Source: Candidatus Dormiibacterota bacterium
GTDB lineage: Bacteria > Chloroflexota > Dormibacteria > Aeolococcales > Bog-877
Assembly: GCA_027306655.1 (NCBI GenBank)
Contig: DAHUZL010000031.1
Coordinates: forward strand, 830-64,829
Length of the DNA: 64,000 bases
Direction: 5' to 3'
This document shows positions 48,144 to 57,539 of the stretch, one piece after another (position 1 is the stretch's first letter; every line of letters starts with the position of its first letter). The translations under genes and the position numbers were made by a program. The notes under the pieces were generated by a model. That model made no database searches. It saw only the letters and a program-made list of their open reading frames with translations, and was not told the origin of the DNA.

Positions 48144-49448
48144 TCACCCCGACCGCTGACCCTCCAGGGTGCGGCGGAGCTGCTCCTGGGCCTCGACCGT
48201 CGCCGCCGCGATCTCGCTCGCGAGCAGCCCGGCCCGTCCCCGCGCCTCCGCCAGCCGGCGGCCCGCCTCGCCATGCACGAACACCCCGCAGCGGGCGGCG
48301 TCGGCGGCGGCGAGGCCCTGGGCCAGCAGCGCGCCGATCAGGCCGGTGAGGACGTCCCCGCTGCCGCCGGTGGCGAGCGCCGCGGTGGCATGGGGATCGA
48401 CGCTCGTCACCCCGGCGGCGTCGGCGACCACCGTGCTCGCTCCCTTGAGCACCACCACCGCCCCCAGCCGCCGCGCCAGCCCGGCCGCCGCCGCGGGCCG
48501 GTCGGCCTCCACCTGGGTCACCGACATGCTGCAGAGCCGGGCCATCTCGGCCGGGTGCGGGGTGAGGATGCTGAGGGGCGGCACCTTGGCGAGAAGGGAA
48601 CGGTCGGTGGCGCAGGCGTTGAGCGCGTCGGCATCGAGGACGAGCGGGACCGGCCGGGTTGCCAGCCGGTCGAGCAGCCCGTGCAGGAAGCCCTGGGTCT
48701 CGGGCGCTCGGCCCAGCCCGGGACCGACCGCCAGGGCCTGGACCTGGTCCAGCTCGTCCGCCAGCATCCCCAGCGCCGACGGGGCGAAGCCGCCGCCGGG
48801 GCCGGCCGCGACCGTGCCCAGGATCACCTCCGGCGGGAAGGCCCCCGGCCCGCCCGCCCCCACCGGCACCACCGCCCGGACCCTGCCGGCGCCGCCCCGG
48901 AGGGCGCCGAGGGCGCAGAGCACGGCGGCCCCCGGGTAGGCGGTGTGGCCGGCGACGACGAGGACGGTGCCGAACGTCCCCTTGTGGGCGTCCAGGGCCC
49001 GGGCCGGGAGACGGAGCCCGCGGGCGGCGGCCAGCAGCCGCGGGTCGGTCCATCCTCCCCCGCCCGGCTCCGGCGGACCCGGCGGCGCGGGCTCCAGGTG
49101 CACCGCCACCGCGATCGCGACCCCGGCGTCGTGGGTGAGGCTCACGGCCAGCCCGGGAACGGCCGCGCCGCCGACCACGACCGTGGGCGCTCGGCCCGGC
49201 GGGCGGCGCACCTCGATCGCGCGGTAGGCGGGGATCGGCCAGCCGCGACCCCCATACACCTTGCGTACCGCCTCCTTCACCGCCCACCGTCCCGCCCAGC
49301 GCTCGGGACGGCTGCCGCTGGTCCGGGCCTCGCCCTCGGTGAAGCAGCGCGAGCCGAAGCCGGGGTGCCGGCGCAGGGCTCGGGCGATGCGGTCGACGGC
49401 GGCGACATCCACGCCGAGGACCGGGCCCCGGGCAGGGGAGCCGTTCAC
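48144..49448 (-). CDS. Fusion protein: holo-ACP synthase (AcpS, 4'-phosphopantetheinyl transferase) N-terminal plus ADP-dependent NAD(P)H-hydrate dehydratase (YjeF_C / NnrD) C-terminal
   Basis: AcpS part: GVDVAAVDRIARAL, FTEGEAR, WAVKEAVRKV, SLTHDAGVAIAVAV. YjeF_C part: HKGTFGTVLVVAGHTAYPGAAVLCALGALRGGAGRV, ILTPHPAEMARL, VVVLKGASTVV, and the C-terminal TGGSGDVLTGLIGALLAQG. No YjeF_N epimerase domain is present. GTG start at 49448, 1 nt after the glmS stop. Confidence 0.75.
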   Translation of the reverse strand: MNGSPARGPVLGVDVAAVDRIARALRRHPGFGSRCFTEGEARTSGSRPERWAGRWAVKEAVRKVYGGRGWPIPAYRAIEVRRPPGRAPTVVVGGAAVPGLAVSLTHDAGVAIAVAVHLEPAPPGPPEPGGGGWTDPRLLAAARGLRLPARALDAHKGTFGTVLVVAGHTAYPGAAVLCALGALRGGAGRVRAVVPVGAGGPGAFPPEVILGTVAAGPGGGFAPSALGMLADELDQVQALAVGPGLGRAPETQGFLHGLLDRLATRPVPLVLDADALNACATDRSLLAKVPPLSILTPHPAEMARLCSMSVTQVEADRPAAAAGLARRLGAVVVLKGASTVVADAAGVTSVDPHATAALATGGSGDVLTGLIGALLAQGLAAADAARCGVFVHGEAGRRLAEARGRAGLLASEIAAATVEAQEQLRRTLEGQRSG

Positions 49449-49449
49449 G

Positions 49450-51282
49450 TCACTCGACGGTGACCGACTTGGCGAGGTTGCGCGGCTGGTCCACGTCACA
49501 GCCGCGCTCCACCGCGGCGTGGTACGCGAGCAGCTGGCCGACCAGGATGTTGACCAGCGGCGAGACCAGCTCGGGGACCTCGGGCACCACCAGCAGCCGC
49601 TGGACCCGCCCCTCGAGGGTACGGTCGCCCTCGCTGACCACCGCGATCACCGGGGTGTCGCGGGCCAGGACCTCCTCGACGTTGCTGCGGAGCTTGGCCA
49701 GTGTCCGCCCCGTGGTGGCGAGGGCGACCACCGGGAGGCGGCCGTCGAGCAGGGCGATCGGCCCGTGCTTGAGCTCGCCGGCGGGGTAGCCCTCGGCGTG
49801 CAGGTAGGAGACCTCCTTCAGCTTGAGGGCGGCCTCCATCGCGCAGGCGTGGTTCACGCCGCGGCCGATGAAGAGCGCGCCCGCCCGTCCCGCCAGCCAG
49901 CGCCCGGCACGGGCCACCTCCTCGGTGTCGGCCAGGACCTGTGCCTGCGCCGCCGGCACCATCCGGAGCGCCCGGGCCACGGCCGCGGCCCGGTCCGGGG
50001 CGAGCCGCCCCCGGGCGGCGGCCAGACGGAGGGCCACGAGCAGCCCGCAGACCACCTGGGTGACGAAGGTCTTGGTGGCGGCCACCCCGATCTCGGGCCC
50101 GGCGTGGAGGTTGACCACCCCGTCGGCCTCGCGCGCCAGCGCGCTACCGGTGGCGTTGCAGAGGGCCACCACGGGGCTGCCGGCGCGCCGGGCGCAGGCG
50201 GCGGCTGCCACGGTGTCCGCGGTCTCCCCGGACTGGGAGATCGCCACCGTGAGGACAGTCGGTCCGGTCGGGCGGTCACCGTAGCGGGCTTCGGAGGCGA
50301 CCGCCGCGTCGGCCGGCAGGCCGGCCAGCTCCTCGACGGCGTGGGCGGTGATCATGCCGGCGTAGTAGGCGGAGCCGGCCGCCACCACCCGCACCCGATC
50401 CAGGGCGCCGAGGCGTGCGTCCCCCACCGACCACTCCGGGAAGACCACGGTCCCGTCGTCCTGGAGGTGGCCCCGGAGCGCGCCGGCCGTCGCCGCCGGC
50501 TGCTCGTGGATCTCCTTCAGCATGAAGTGGGGGTGACCGTCGCGCTGGGCGGCGAGCTGGTCCCACGCGACCCGGAGCACCCTGAGGGGCTGGTCCGTGC
50601 CGTCGGCGATGGTGCTGACCACCGGCCCGGTCGGGCCCACCACCACCATCTCCCCCTCGCCCAACACCATGACCCGGCGGGTGTAGGGGAGGATCGCCGG
50701 GATGTCCGAGCTGATGAACCACTCGCCCTCGCCGACCCCCACCACCAGCGGGGAATTGCGTCGGGCGCCGATGAGGATGCGGGGATCGGTCGAGCTCAGG
50801 ACCACCAGCGCGAAGGCGCCGCGGAGCCGGGCCAGCGCGGTCCGGGTGGCGAGGACCAGGTCGCCGCGGTAGGCGGCCTCGATCAGGTGGGGCACCACCT
50901 CGGTGTCGGTGTCGGAGCTGAAGTGGTGGCCGGCGGCCTGGAGCTCGTCCCGGAGGGCCAGGAAGTTCTCGATGATCCCGTTGTGGATGACGAAGAAGCG
51001 GCCGTCGCAATCGGTGTGCGGATGGGCATTGGTCTCGGTGGGACGGCCGTGGGTCGCCCAGCGGGTGTGGCCGAGGCCGGCCGACCCCTCCGGCGCCGCC
51101 GCGCCCACGCGGTCGGCCAGCGCCGCCACCTTGCCGGCCGCCCGCACGCTGGTGGCCCGGCCCTGGTCGTCCACCACCGCGAGGCCGGCGGAGTCGTAGC
51201 CGCGATACTCCAGTCGGCGCAGGCTGTCGAGGAGGACGCCCGCGGCGGGCCGCTGCCCGAGGTATCCGATGATGCCGCACAC
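49450..51282 (-). CDS. glmS: Glutamine--fructose-6-phosphate aminotransferase
   Basis: The GTG start is followed by Cys2 (MCGIIGY), the Ntn-amidotransferase nucleophile, then two SIS domains. 610 aa. Confidence 0.95.
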   Translation of the reverse strand: MCGIIGYLGQRPAAGVLLDSLRRLEYRGYDSAGLAVVDDQGRATSVRAAGKVAALADRVGAAAPEGSAGLGHTRWATHGRPTETNAHPHTDCDGRFFVIHNGIIENFLALRDELQAAGHHFSSDTDTEVVPHLIEAAYRGDLVLATRTALARLRGAFALVVLSSTDPRILIGARRNSPLVVGVGEGEWFISSDIPAILPYTRRVMVLGEGEMVVVGPTGPVVSTIADGTDQPLRVLRVAWDQLAAQRDGHPHFMLKEIHEQPAATAGALRGHLQDDGTVVFPEWSVGDARLGALDRVRVVAAGSAYYAGMITAHAVEELAGLPADAAVASEARYGDRPTGPTVLTVAISQSGETADTVAAAACARRAGSPVVALCNATGSALAREADGVVNLHAGPEIGVAATKTFVTQVVCGLLVALRLAAARGRLAPDRAAAVARALRMVPAAQAQVLADTEEVARAGRWLAGRAGALFIGRGVNHACAMEAALKLKEVSYLHAEGYPAGELKHGPIALLDGRLPVVALATTGRTLAKLRSNVEEVLARDTPVIAVVSEGDRTLEGRVQRLLVVPEVPELVSPLVNILVGQLLAYHAAVERGCDVDQPRNLAKSVTVE

Positions 51283-51367
51283 CCGAGCCGCCTCCCGCTG
51301 AGGGGCGGAGCCGCCCCCGGTGGTCGCCGCGTCAACGTCGCCCGCCGCCCAGAGGTTACACGCCGCC

Positions 51368-52522
51368 TCAGGGACCGGACGGGCTCGGGGTCGGCCGAAG
51401 CGCTCGAACGGGCGTGGGCGTGGGCGTGGGCGTCGGGGAGGGGGTCGGGGTCGGCGGCGGGGTGGCGGTCGGGCTCGCCCCGGGCGTCACCCGGCGGCTC
51501 GGGAGGGGGCGGGGCGTTGTCCCCGGCGACCGGTGCGGCGCGGGGGTCGGCGACGCCGCCGGCCGGGCGGTCGGGGTCGGGTGCGGCAGCAGGCTCACCG
51601 TGACCACCACCGTGACGGTGGAGGGGGTCAAGGTCACCCCGGTCGGGCTCGCCAGGGGGACGACGACGGTGAGGCCCTGGCTCGCCCCGCTGATGTCGAT
51701 CGGCTCGGTCACCGCCTGGCCGAGCAGGTTCAGCTGGGCCGCCGGGCCGCTCGCCGTGACCGTGCTGGGGAAGCTGCGGACGTCGGTGAGGCGGGTGCCC
51801 GCGGGGGGCTGCCCGTCGCCGGAGAAGGTGACCACGACCGGCAGGGTCCGGGTGCTCCGCTGCGACGTGACCGAGATCACCGCGGTGACCACGAGCGGGC
51901 TGGGCACCAGCCCCCCGGCCCGCGGGCCGGACACCCCGACCAGCGTCACCGGGACCGACTGCGACAGGCTGGTGCGCAGGCCGCCGACGTCCGGGTGGAC
52001 CACCGCGCGGACCGCGGCCACGACCGAGCTGGCCCCGGTGACCCGGACCGCGTTCGGGCTGATCGCCACCACCTGGGCCGTGAACCCGGCGGGCGTGCGG
52101 CCGCGGGGGCTGGCGCGCACCGGGACCAGCGCGGTGACCAGGCGGTCCAGGCGCACCGCGACCTGGCCCGGGTGCGAGAGGACCGCCACGGCAGGATCCT
52201 GGTTGCGCACCTGGAGCGGGACCCGGTAGGTCCCGGGCGTGTCCAGCCCGGCCAGGTTGACCGACAGCCGCAGCCCGGCCAGGATCCGGCTCCGCGCCTG
52301 CACGTTGGACCGGAGCCCGGCGATCTGGAGGGAGATCCCCCCCGGGGCGCCCGGCCCGCTGACGAGGACCATCCCGCGGGCCAGGCCGGTCACCCCCACC
52401 CGGGCCGCCACCACCGTCTGCACCGCGGGGGGATTGCTGACGTAGACCACCGCCAGCCACATGCAGACGGCGAGCCCCGCCGCGACCAGCTTGAGGCGCA
52501 GGTTGTGGAGCAGGAAGGCCAT
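51368..52522 (-). CDS. cdaR: YbbR-domain protein (CdaR-like regulator of diadenylate cyclase) with a C-terminal Pro/Thr-rich low-complexity tail
   Basis: N-terminal TM helix (LVAAGLAVCMWLAVVYV), repeated beta-rich YbbR-like modules, and a tail ...PTPTARPAASPTPAPHRSPG...TPPPTPTPSPTPTPTPTP. Located directly after cdaA. Confidence 0.7.
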   Translation of the reverse strand: MAFLLHNLRLKLVAAGLAVCMWLAVVYVSNPPAVQTVVAARVGVTGLARGMVLVSGPGAPGGISLQIAGLRSNVQARSRILAGLRLSVNLAGLDTPGTYRVPLQVRNQDPAVAVLSHPGQVAVRLDRLVTALVPVRASPRGRTPAGFTAQVVAISPNAVRVTGASSVVAAVRAVVHPDVGGLRTSLSQSVPVTLVGVSGPRAGGLVPSPLVVTAVISVTSQRSTRTLPVVVTFSGDGQPPAGTRLTDVRSFPSTVTASGPAAQLNLLGQAVTEPIDISGASQGLTVVVPLASPTGVTLTPSTVTVVVTVSLLPHPTPTARPAASPTPAPHRSPGTTPRPLPSRRVTPGASPTATPPPTPTPSPTPTPTPTPVRALRPTPSPSGP

Positions 52523-52527
52523 CCCGG

Positions 52528-53415
52528 TCAGGACCGCTCGACCGGCTGGGGGGGGATGACGCGCGAGCCGCGCAGCCGGAGCCGCCGCATCCCGTGCATC
52601 CGCTCCGACGGGGGCACGCCCAGGAAGAGGGCGAGACGGCGGGCGAGCTCGGGGCCGTCGACGCCGCGCTGGAGCTGGCCCGCCTGGGCGAGGCTGACCC
52701 CCCCGGTCTCCTCGGAGACCACCACCACCAGGGCGTCCGTCTGCTGGCTGCAGCCGAGCGCCGCCCGGTGACGGGTCCCGACCCGTCCCACGCCGCCGAC
52801 CTGCTCGGCCAGGGGCAGGACACAGCCGGCGGCCACCACCCGACCGTCGCGGACCAGGACCGCGCCGTCGTGGAGCGCCGACCGGGGCGCGAAGATCGTC
52901 TGCAGGACCTCGGCCGAGACCACCGCGTCGAGGCGAATCCCGGTGACCGCGATCTCCTCCAGGCCGGTGGCGTCGGGCAGGACGATCAGCGCGCCGATCC
53001 GCGCCTCGCTCAGGCGAGCGATCGCGAGCCCGATCTCGGCGATCTCGCGGTGGAGCTCGGCCATGTCGCGGTGGACGACCCCGGGCCGGAAGCGCCCCAG
53101 CCGGCCCATCTCGTCCAGCGCCCGGCGCAGCTCGGGCTGGAAGAGAACGATCACCCCGATCAGGATCGCCTGGCCCCCGTTGCGGTAGATGAAGGCCAAT
53201 ACCGGCAGGCGGAGGGTGATCGCGACCGCGCCGAGCGCCCCGATCACGACCAGGCCCAGGAGGAGCTGGACCGCCTGGGTCCCGCGGACCAGGAGCAGGA
53301 GGCGGTAGACGAGGAAGGTGATGATGACGATGTCGACGGCGTCGCGCCAGCCGACCGTCTGCAGCAGCACCCGCAGGGTCTGGGGGACGTCCACGGCGGC
53401 GACGATCGGCTCCAT
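52528..53415 (-). CDS. cdaA: Diadenylate cyclase CdaA (DAC domain, membrane-anchored)
   Basis: Three N-terminal TM helices, then a DAC domain with DGA (HDGAVLVRD), RHRAALG and VVVSEETGGVSLA motifs. Start trimmed to the ATG at 53415. Confidence 0.85.
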   Translation of the reverse strand: MEPIVAAVDVPQTLRVLLQTVGWRDAVDIVIITFLVYRLLLLVRGTQAVQLLLGLVVIGALGAVAITLRLPVLAFIYRNGGQAILIGVIVLFQPELRRALDEMGRLGRFRPGVVHRDMAELHREIAEIGLAIARLSEARIGALIVLPDATGLEEIAVTGIRLDAVVSAEVLQTIFAPRSALHDGAVLVRDGRVVAAGCVLPLAEQVGGVGRVGTRHRAALGCSQQTDALVVVVSEETGGVSLAQAGQLQRGVDGPELARRLALFLGVPPSERMHGMRRLRLRGSRVIPPQPVERS

Positions 53416-53417
53416 CG

Positions 53418-54431
53418 TCACGGCGGTCCGGGGGCCGCTCGGCGAGCGCCCCCGTCCCCCTCCGGGGCAGGGAGGCCGGCGCCGGCCTGGACCCGGCCGT
53501 CCCGGCCCGCGAAGATGGCGCAGAGCAGCGCCTGCTGCACCCACAGACGATTCTCCGCCTGCGCGAACACCACCGAGCGGGGCCCGTCCAGCACCTCGTC
53601 GGTGATCTCCTCGCCGCGGTGGGCGGGCAGGCAGTGCATCACCCGCGCGTGGGCCGGAGCCTGCGCCAGCAGCTCGGCGTTCACCTGGTAGGGGCCGAAG
53701 TCCTCCCGCCGCCGCTCGTGTTCGCCCTCCTGGCCCATGCTGGTCCAGACGTCGGTGTAGACGACGTCGGCGTCCGCCACCCCGAGACGGAGGTCGTCGG
53801 TCACCCGCACCGGCGGCGCCCCCTTCGGCGCCAGCCGCGCTCCCCGGTCGACGACCTGGGGATGGGGCTCGTACCCCCGCGGAGTGACCACCGTGAGCGC
53901 GATCCCGAGCAGCCCCGCGGCCTCGATCCAGGAGTGGCAGACGTTGTTGCCATCGCCGATGAAGGCCACCCGTGCCCCCGCGATCCGTCCGGTCACCTCC
54001 TCCAGGGTGAGGCAGTCGGCGAGGACCTGGCAGGGATGCGACGCATCCGTCATCGCATTGATGACCGGCGCGCGCATGTGCTCGGCCAGTCCGAGCAGGT
54101 CGCGGTGGGAGGGGATGCGCGCCACCAGCCCGTCCACGAAGCGGTCCAGGATGCGGGCGACGTCGGCCACCGACTCCCGGCGTCCCATCTCGATCTCGCG
54201 GTCGAAGAGCGCCACCGGGTGGCCGCCGAGGCGGTGGATCGCGACCTCGAACGAGACCCGGGTGCGGTTGCTCGGCCGCAGGAAGATCATCGCCACCGTA
54301 CGGCCGTGCAGGGGCCGGCCCGGGTCCTCCCCCCGCTTCTGGCGCGCCGCCAGGGCCAGCAGGCTCTCGCAGGTGGCGGCGTCGAGGTCAGCGATGCTGA
54401 GGAAGTCGCGTCCCTGCAGCCGGCTTTCCAC
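53418..54431 (-). CDS. argF: Ornithine carbamoyltransferase
   Basis: S-x-RTR carbamoyl-phosphate site (SNRTR), HPCQ, DVWTSMGQE and HCLPAHRGEE support OTC rather than ATCase. 337 aa. Confidence 0.8.
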   Translation of the reverse strand: MESRLQGRDFLSIADLDAATCESLLALAARQKRGEDPGRPLHGRTVAMIFLRPSNRTRVSFEVAIHRLGGHPVALFDREIEMGRRESVADVARILDRFVDGLVARIPSHRDLLGLAEHMRAPVINAMTDASHPCQVLADCLTLEEVTGRIAGARVAFIGDGNNVCHSWIEAAGLLGIALTVVTPRGYEPHPQVVDRGARLAPKGAPPVRVTDDLRLGVADADVVYTDVWTSMGQEGEHERRREDFGPYQVNAELLAQAPAHARVMHCLPAHRGEEITDEVLDGPRSVVFAQAENRLWVQQALLCAIFAGRDGRVQAGAGLPAPEGDGGARRAAPGPP

Positions 54432-54515
54432 GACGTGAGCTACCCAGTGACGGCGGCGAAGATGCCCATCTCGAGTATACCCCGGCCGGCGGCAGGATCC
54501 TCCCGGCGGGGCGGA

Positions 54516-54917
54516 TCAGCGCTTGGTGTACTGGGGCGCCTTGCGGGCGCGCTTGAGCCCGGGCTTCTTGCGTTCCTTCTCGCGCGGGTCACGGCGCATC
54601 AGGCCCGCCTGCTTGAGCGTCCCGCGCAGCTCGGGCTCGAGCGCGCAGAGGGCGCGGGCCACCCCGTGGGCCACCGCGCCGGCCTGGCCGGAGATGCCGC
54701 CGCCCGTCACCTTGACCAGGACGTGGAAGCGCTGGGCGGTCTTGGTCACGGTCAGCGGCCGCAGCGCCGCCTGCTCCAGATCGGGTCGTCCGAAGTGGGC
54801 CCGCGGCTCGCGGTCGTTGATGGAGACGGTGCCCTGACCCGGATACAGCCGCACCCGGGCGACCGCGGTCTTGCGGCGGCCGGTGCCGTAGGTGTAGCGC
54901 CACTCAGTCTCGCTCAT
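54516..54917 (-). CDS. rpsI: 30S ribosomal protein S9
   Basis: [12 protein letters not shown]... ends ...KAPQYTKR. 133 aa from the ATG at 54917. Confidence 0.95.
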   Translation of the reverse strand: MSETEWRYTYGTGRRKTAVARVRLYPGQGTVSINDREPRAHFGRPDLEQAALRPLTVTKTAQRFHVLVKVTGGGISGQAGAVAHGVARALCALEPELRGTLKQAGLMRRDPREKERKKPGLKRARKAPQYTKR

Positions 54918-55384
54918 CCCAGCCGCACCTCTCCCAGATCTCCGAACGTGATCGGCTGCGGCTGCTGGGCACGGTGGGGGTGGGTCGCCCCCGCGTAGAT
55001 CCGCAGCCGCAGGAGCTCCTGGTGTCCCAGCGTGTTGTGCTGGAGCATCCCCCGCACCGCCTCCCGGAGCGGCCAGGTGGCGTCCCGCGCCACCACCTGC
55101 TCGTAGGTGCGCACGGTCCGGCCGCCGGGGTACCCGCTGTAGCGGTCGTACAGCTTGCCGCGACGCTTCGACCCGGTCACCACGATGTCGGCGGCGTTGA
55201 CGACGACGAGGTGGTCGGTGCAGAGGGCGTGGGGGGTGTAGGCGGGACGGTGCTTGCCGCGCAGCACCCGGGCCAGGTTGACCGCCAGCCGGCCCAGCAC
55301 CTGGCCGCGGGCGTCCACCAGCAGCCAGCGGTCGGGGGCGGTCGCCGGGGTGGCGGTGGCTGTTCGCTGGAGCGCCAGGCTCAT
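54914..55384 (-). CDS. rplM: 50S ribosomal protein L13
   Basis: [35 protein letters not shown] is collinear with L13. Confidence 0.95.
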   Translation of the reverse strand: MSLALQRTATATPATAPDRWLLVDARGQVLGRLAVNLARVLRGKHRPAYTPHALCTDHLVVVNAADIVVTGSKRRGKLYDRYSGYPGGRTVRTYEQVVARDATWPLREAVRGMLQHNTLGHQELLRLRIYAGATHPHRAQQPQPITFGDLGEVRLG

Positions 55385-56160
55385 CGCGAGGGCTCCTCCT
55401 CATACAGGACCGCCCACTGGTGGATCCCGTGAGCGGGGGCCAGGGGCCAGGGGGCGCGGGGGGCGTCGGGGTGGTCCACCGCCCCCGCCACCAGCGCAGG
55501 CGCCAGCCGGCCCTGGCCGACCTGCACCAACGCGCCCACCAGGGAGCGGAGCATCCCCCGGAGGAAGGCGTCGGCGGTCACCTCGACGACCACCCGGCGG
55601 CCGAGCCGGCGGATGCGGAGCTCGTGGATGGTGCGCACCGTGTGCCCTCCCGGGCGCGGGCTGGAGCCGAAGGCGCGCAGGTCATGCCGTCCCCGGAGCG
55701 CCCGCGCGGTCCGTCGCATCGCCTCGAGGTCGAGCGGGCCGGTCACGTGCCAGACGTAGGCGCGCCCCACCGCCGGGGCCACCTCGCCCTGGTCCACGAG
55801 GTAGCGGTAGACCCGCCGCCGGGCGCTGAAGCGGGCGTGGAAGTCCGGGCCCACCGGCTCCACCCGGCGGACCACGATGTCCCGGGGCAGGTGAGCGTTG
55901 CAGGCAGACCGCAGCCGCTCCGGGTCGATCCCCCGCTCCAAGACCAGCGACACCACCTGGCCGTGGGCATGGGCCCCGGCGTCGGTCCGGCCCGCCGCCG
56001 CCAGCCGCGGCCGCTCGCCGGTGGAGAGCTCGAGGGCACGCCGGAGCGCGGCCTCCACCGTGGGCCGGTCCGCCTGCGCCTGCCAGCCGGCGTAGCCGGA
56101 GCCGTCGTACTCGACCATCAGCCGCCAGCTGCGGCCGGCCGCCGGGGCGGTGCCGCTCAC
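55381..56160 (-). CDS. truA: tRNA pseudouridine(38-40) synthase
   Basis: [15 protein letters not shown]-terminal motif, catalytic Asp context, and operon position after rplQ. Confidence 0.9.
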   Translation of the reverse strand: MSGTAPAAGRSWRLMVEYDGSGYAGWQAQADRPTVEAALRRALELSTGERPRLAAAGRTDAGAHAHGQVVSLVLERGIDPERLRSACNAHLPRDIVVRRVEPVGPDFHARFSARRRVYRYLVDQGEVAPAVGRAYVWHVTGPLDLEAMRRTARALRGRHDLRAFGSSPRPGGHTVRTIHELRIRRLGRRVVVEVTADAFLRGMLRSLVGALVQVGQGRLAPALVAGAVDHPDAPRAPWPLAPAHGIHQWAVLYEEEPSR

Positions 56161-56510
56161 TCCACCAGCTCCACCAGCACCAGCGGGGCGCCGTCGCCGG
56201 GGCGGATCCGGTGGGGCACGATCCGGGTGTACCCGCCGGGCCGGTCCTGGTAGCGGGCGACATAGGTGGAGAAAAGCTTCACCGCCACCGCGCGCTTGGT
56301 GACGGTGCGCGCGACCAGGCGGCGGGCCTGGAGGTCGTCGGCCTTGGCGGTGGTGATCACCCGCTCCGCCCAGCGGCGCAGCTCCTTCGCCCGCGCCTCG
56401 GTGGTCTCGATCCGCTCGTGCTCCAGCAGCGCCGTCACGAGGTTGCGGGTGAGCGCGATCCGCTGGGCCGCGGGCCGACCGAACTTGCGTCCCGACTTCT
56501 GGTGGCGCAT
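56157..56510 (-). CDS. rplQ: 50S ribosomal protein L17
   Basis: MRHQKSGRKFGRPAAQRIALTRNL is collinear with L17. 117 aa. Confidence 0.95.
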   Translation of the reverse strand: MRHQKSGRKFGRPAAQRIALTRNLVTALLEHERIETTEARAKELRRWAERVITTAKADDLQARRLVARTVTKRAVAVKLFSTYVARYQDRPGGYTRIVPHRIRPGDGAPLVLVELVE

Positions 56511-56514
56511 CGGC

Positions 56515-57495
56515 TCAGTGGCCGCTCGGCTGGAACAGCCCGGCCAGCTGGTCGGGGGCGACCAGGCCCCGACTGACCAGCTTTTCCTTGATCTCGTCGA
56601 GCGACTTGGTGCCGAAGTTGCGCAGGGCGAGCAGCTCCTCCTGGCGCATCGCCACCAGCTGGCCCACCTTGGTGATGTCGTTGGCCTTGAGGCAGTTGAG
56701 CGCCCGCACCGACAGCTCCAGCTCCTCCACCCCGACGTCAGCGAGACGGGTGCGCAGGTCGGCGCCGGGCTTGGCGGCCTGGGCGGTCGGCGAGAGGTTC
56801 TCGCCGAACCGCACGAACAGCCCGAGATGCTGGGTGTAGTAGTCCGCCGACTGGCTGATCGCGTCCACCGGCGAGATGGTCCCGTCGGTCCACACCTCGA
56901 GGGTGAGCTTCTCCCAGTCGGTGTCCTGTCCCACCCGGGTCTTCTCGACCAGAAAGTTGGCCTTGGTGACGGGGGTGAAGATGGCGTCGACCGGGATCAC
57001 CCCGATCGGCTGGCCCTCGCGCTTGTTGCGCTCGGCGGTGGCGTAGCCCTTGCCCCGCGCCACCGTCAGGTCCATCCGGAGGCGGCCCTTGGGCCCATCG
57101 ATGGCGCAGAGGTAGAGGTCGGGGTTGACAATCTCGACATCGGCGTTGGGCTCGATGTCGGCGGCGGTGACCTGCCGCGGCCCGACCACGTCGAGGGTGA
57201 GCCGGGCGCCCTCGGGCTGGTGGCAGACCAAGGCCAGGCGCTTCACGTTGAGGAGGATCTCGCCGACGTCCTCCTTGACATGGGGGATGACCGCGAACTC
57301 GTGGGAGACCCCCTCGATCGCGACCGCGGTGACGGCGGACCCGGTGAGCGAGGAGAGCAGCACCCGGCGCAGCGAGTTGCCCAGGGTGGTGCCGTAGCCC
57401 GGCTCCAGAGCCTCGATCTCGAAGCGGCCGAAATTGTGCGACCGCTCCACCTCGCGGACGGCCGGGGCGACGGGGGTATCGAGCATGGGGGTCAT
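56515..57495 (-). CDS. rpoA: DNA-directed RNA polymerase subunit alpha
   Basis: FEIEALEPGYGTTLGNSLRRVLLSS N-terminal domain and a C-terminal alpha-CTD (LSVRALNCLKANDITKVGQL). Start trimmed to the ATG at 57495. Confidence 0.95.
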   Translation of the reverse strand: MTPMLDTPVAPAVREVERSHNFGRFEIEALEPGYGTTLGNSLRRVLLSSLTGSAVTAVAIEGVSHEFAVIPHVKEDVGEILLNVKRLALVCHQPEGARLTLDVVGPRQVTAADIEPNADVEIVNPDLYLCAIDGPKGRLRMDLTVARGKGYATAERNKREGQPIGVIPVDAIFTPVTKANFLVEKTRVGQDTDWEKLTLEVWTDGTISPVDAISQSADYYTQHLGLFVRFGENLSPTAQAAKPGADLRTRLADVGVEELELSVRALNCLKANDITKVGQLVAMRQEELLALRNFGTKSLDEIKEKLVSRGLVAPDQLAGLFQPSGH

Positions 57496-57539
57496 GATCC
57501 TCGTGGGGCGAAGGCCCGCCCTGGGGGCGGGCGGCGACG

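Noticed and set aside
51283-51367. glmS ribozyme upstream of glmS
   Set aside because: Only 85 nt separate cdaR and glmS. I saw a simple GC hairpin (gggcggctccgccc) plus a GGGAGG SD, and no room or conserved core for the ~170-nt ribozyme. This is consistent with the high-GC (non-Firmicutes) lineage.
54432-54515. Terminator or riboswitch in the argF-rpsI gap
   Set aside because: The GGATCC-centred near-palindrome has non-complementary flanks, and no convincing stem was seen.
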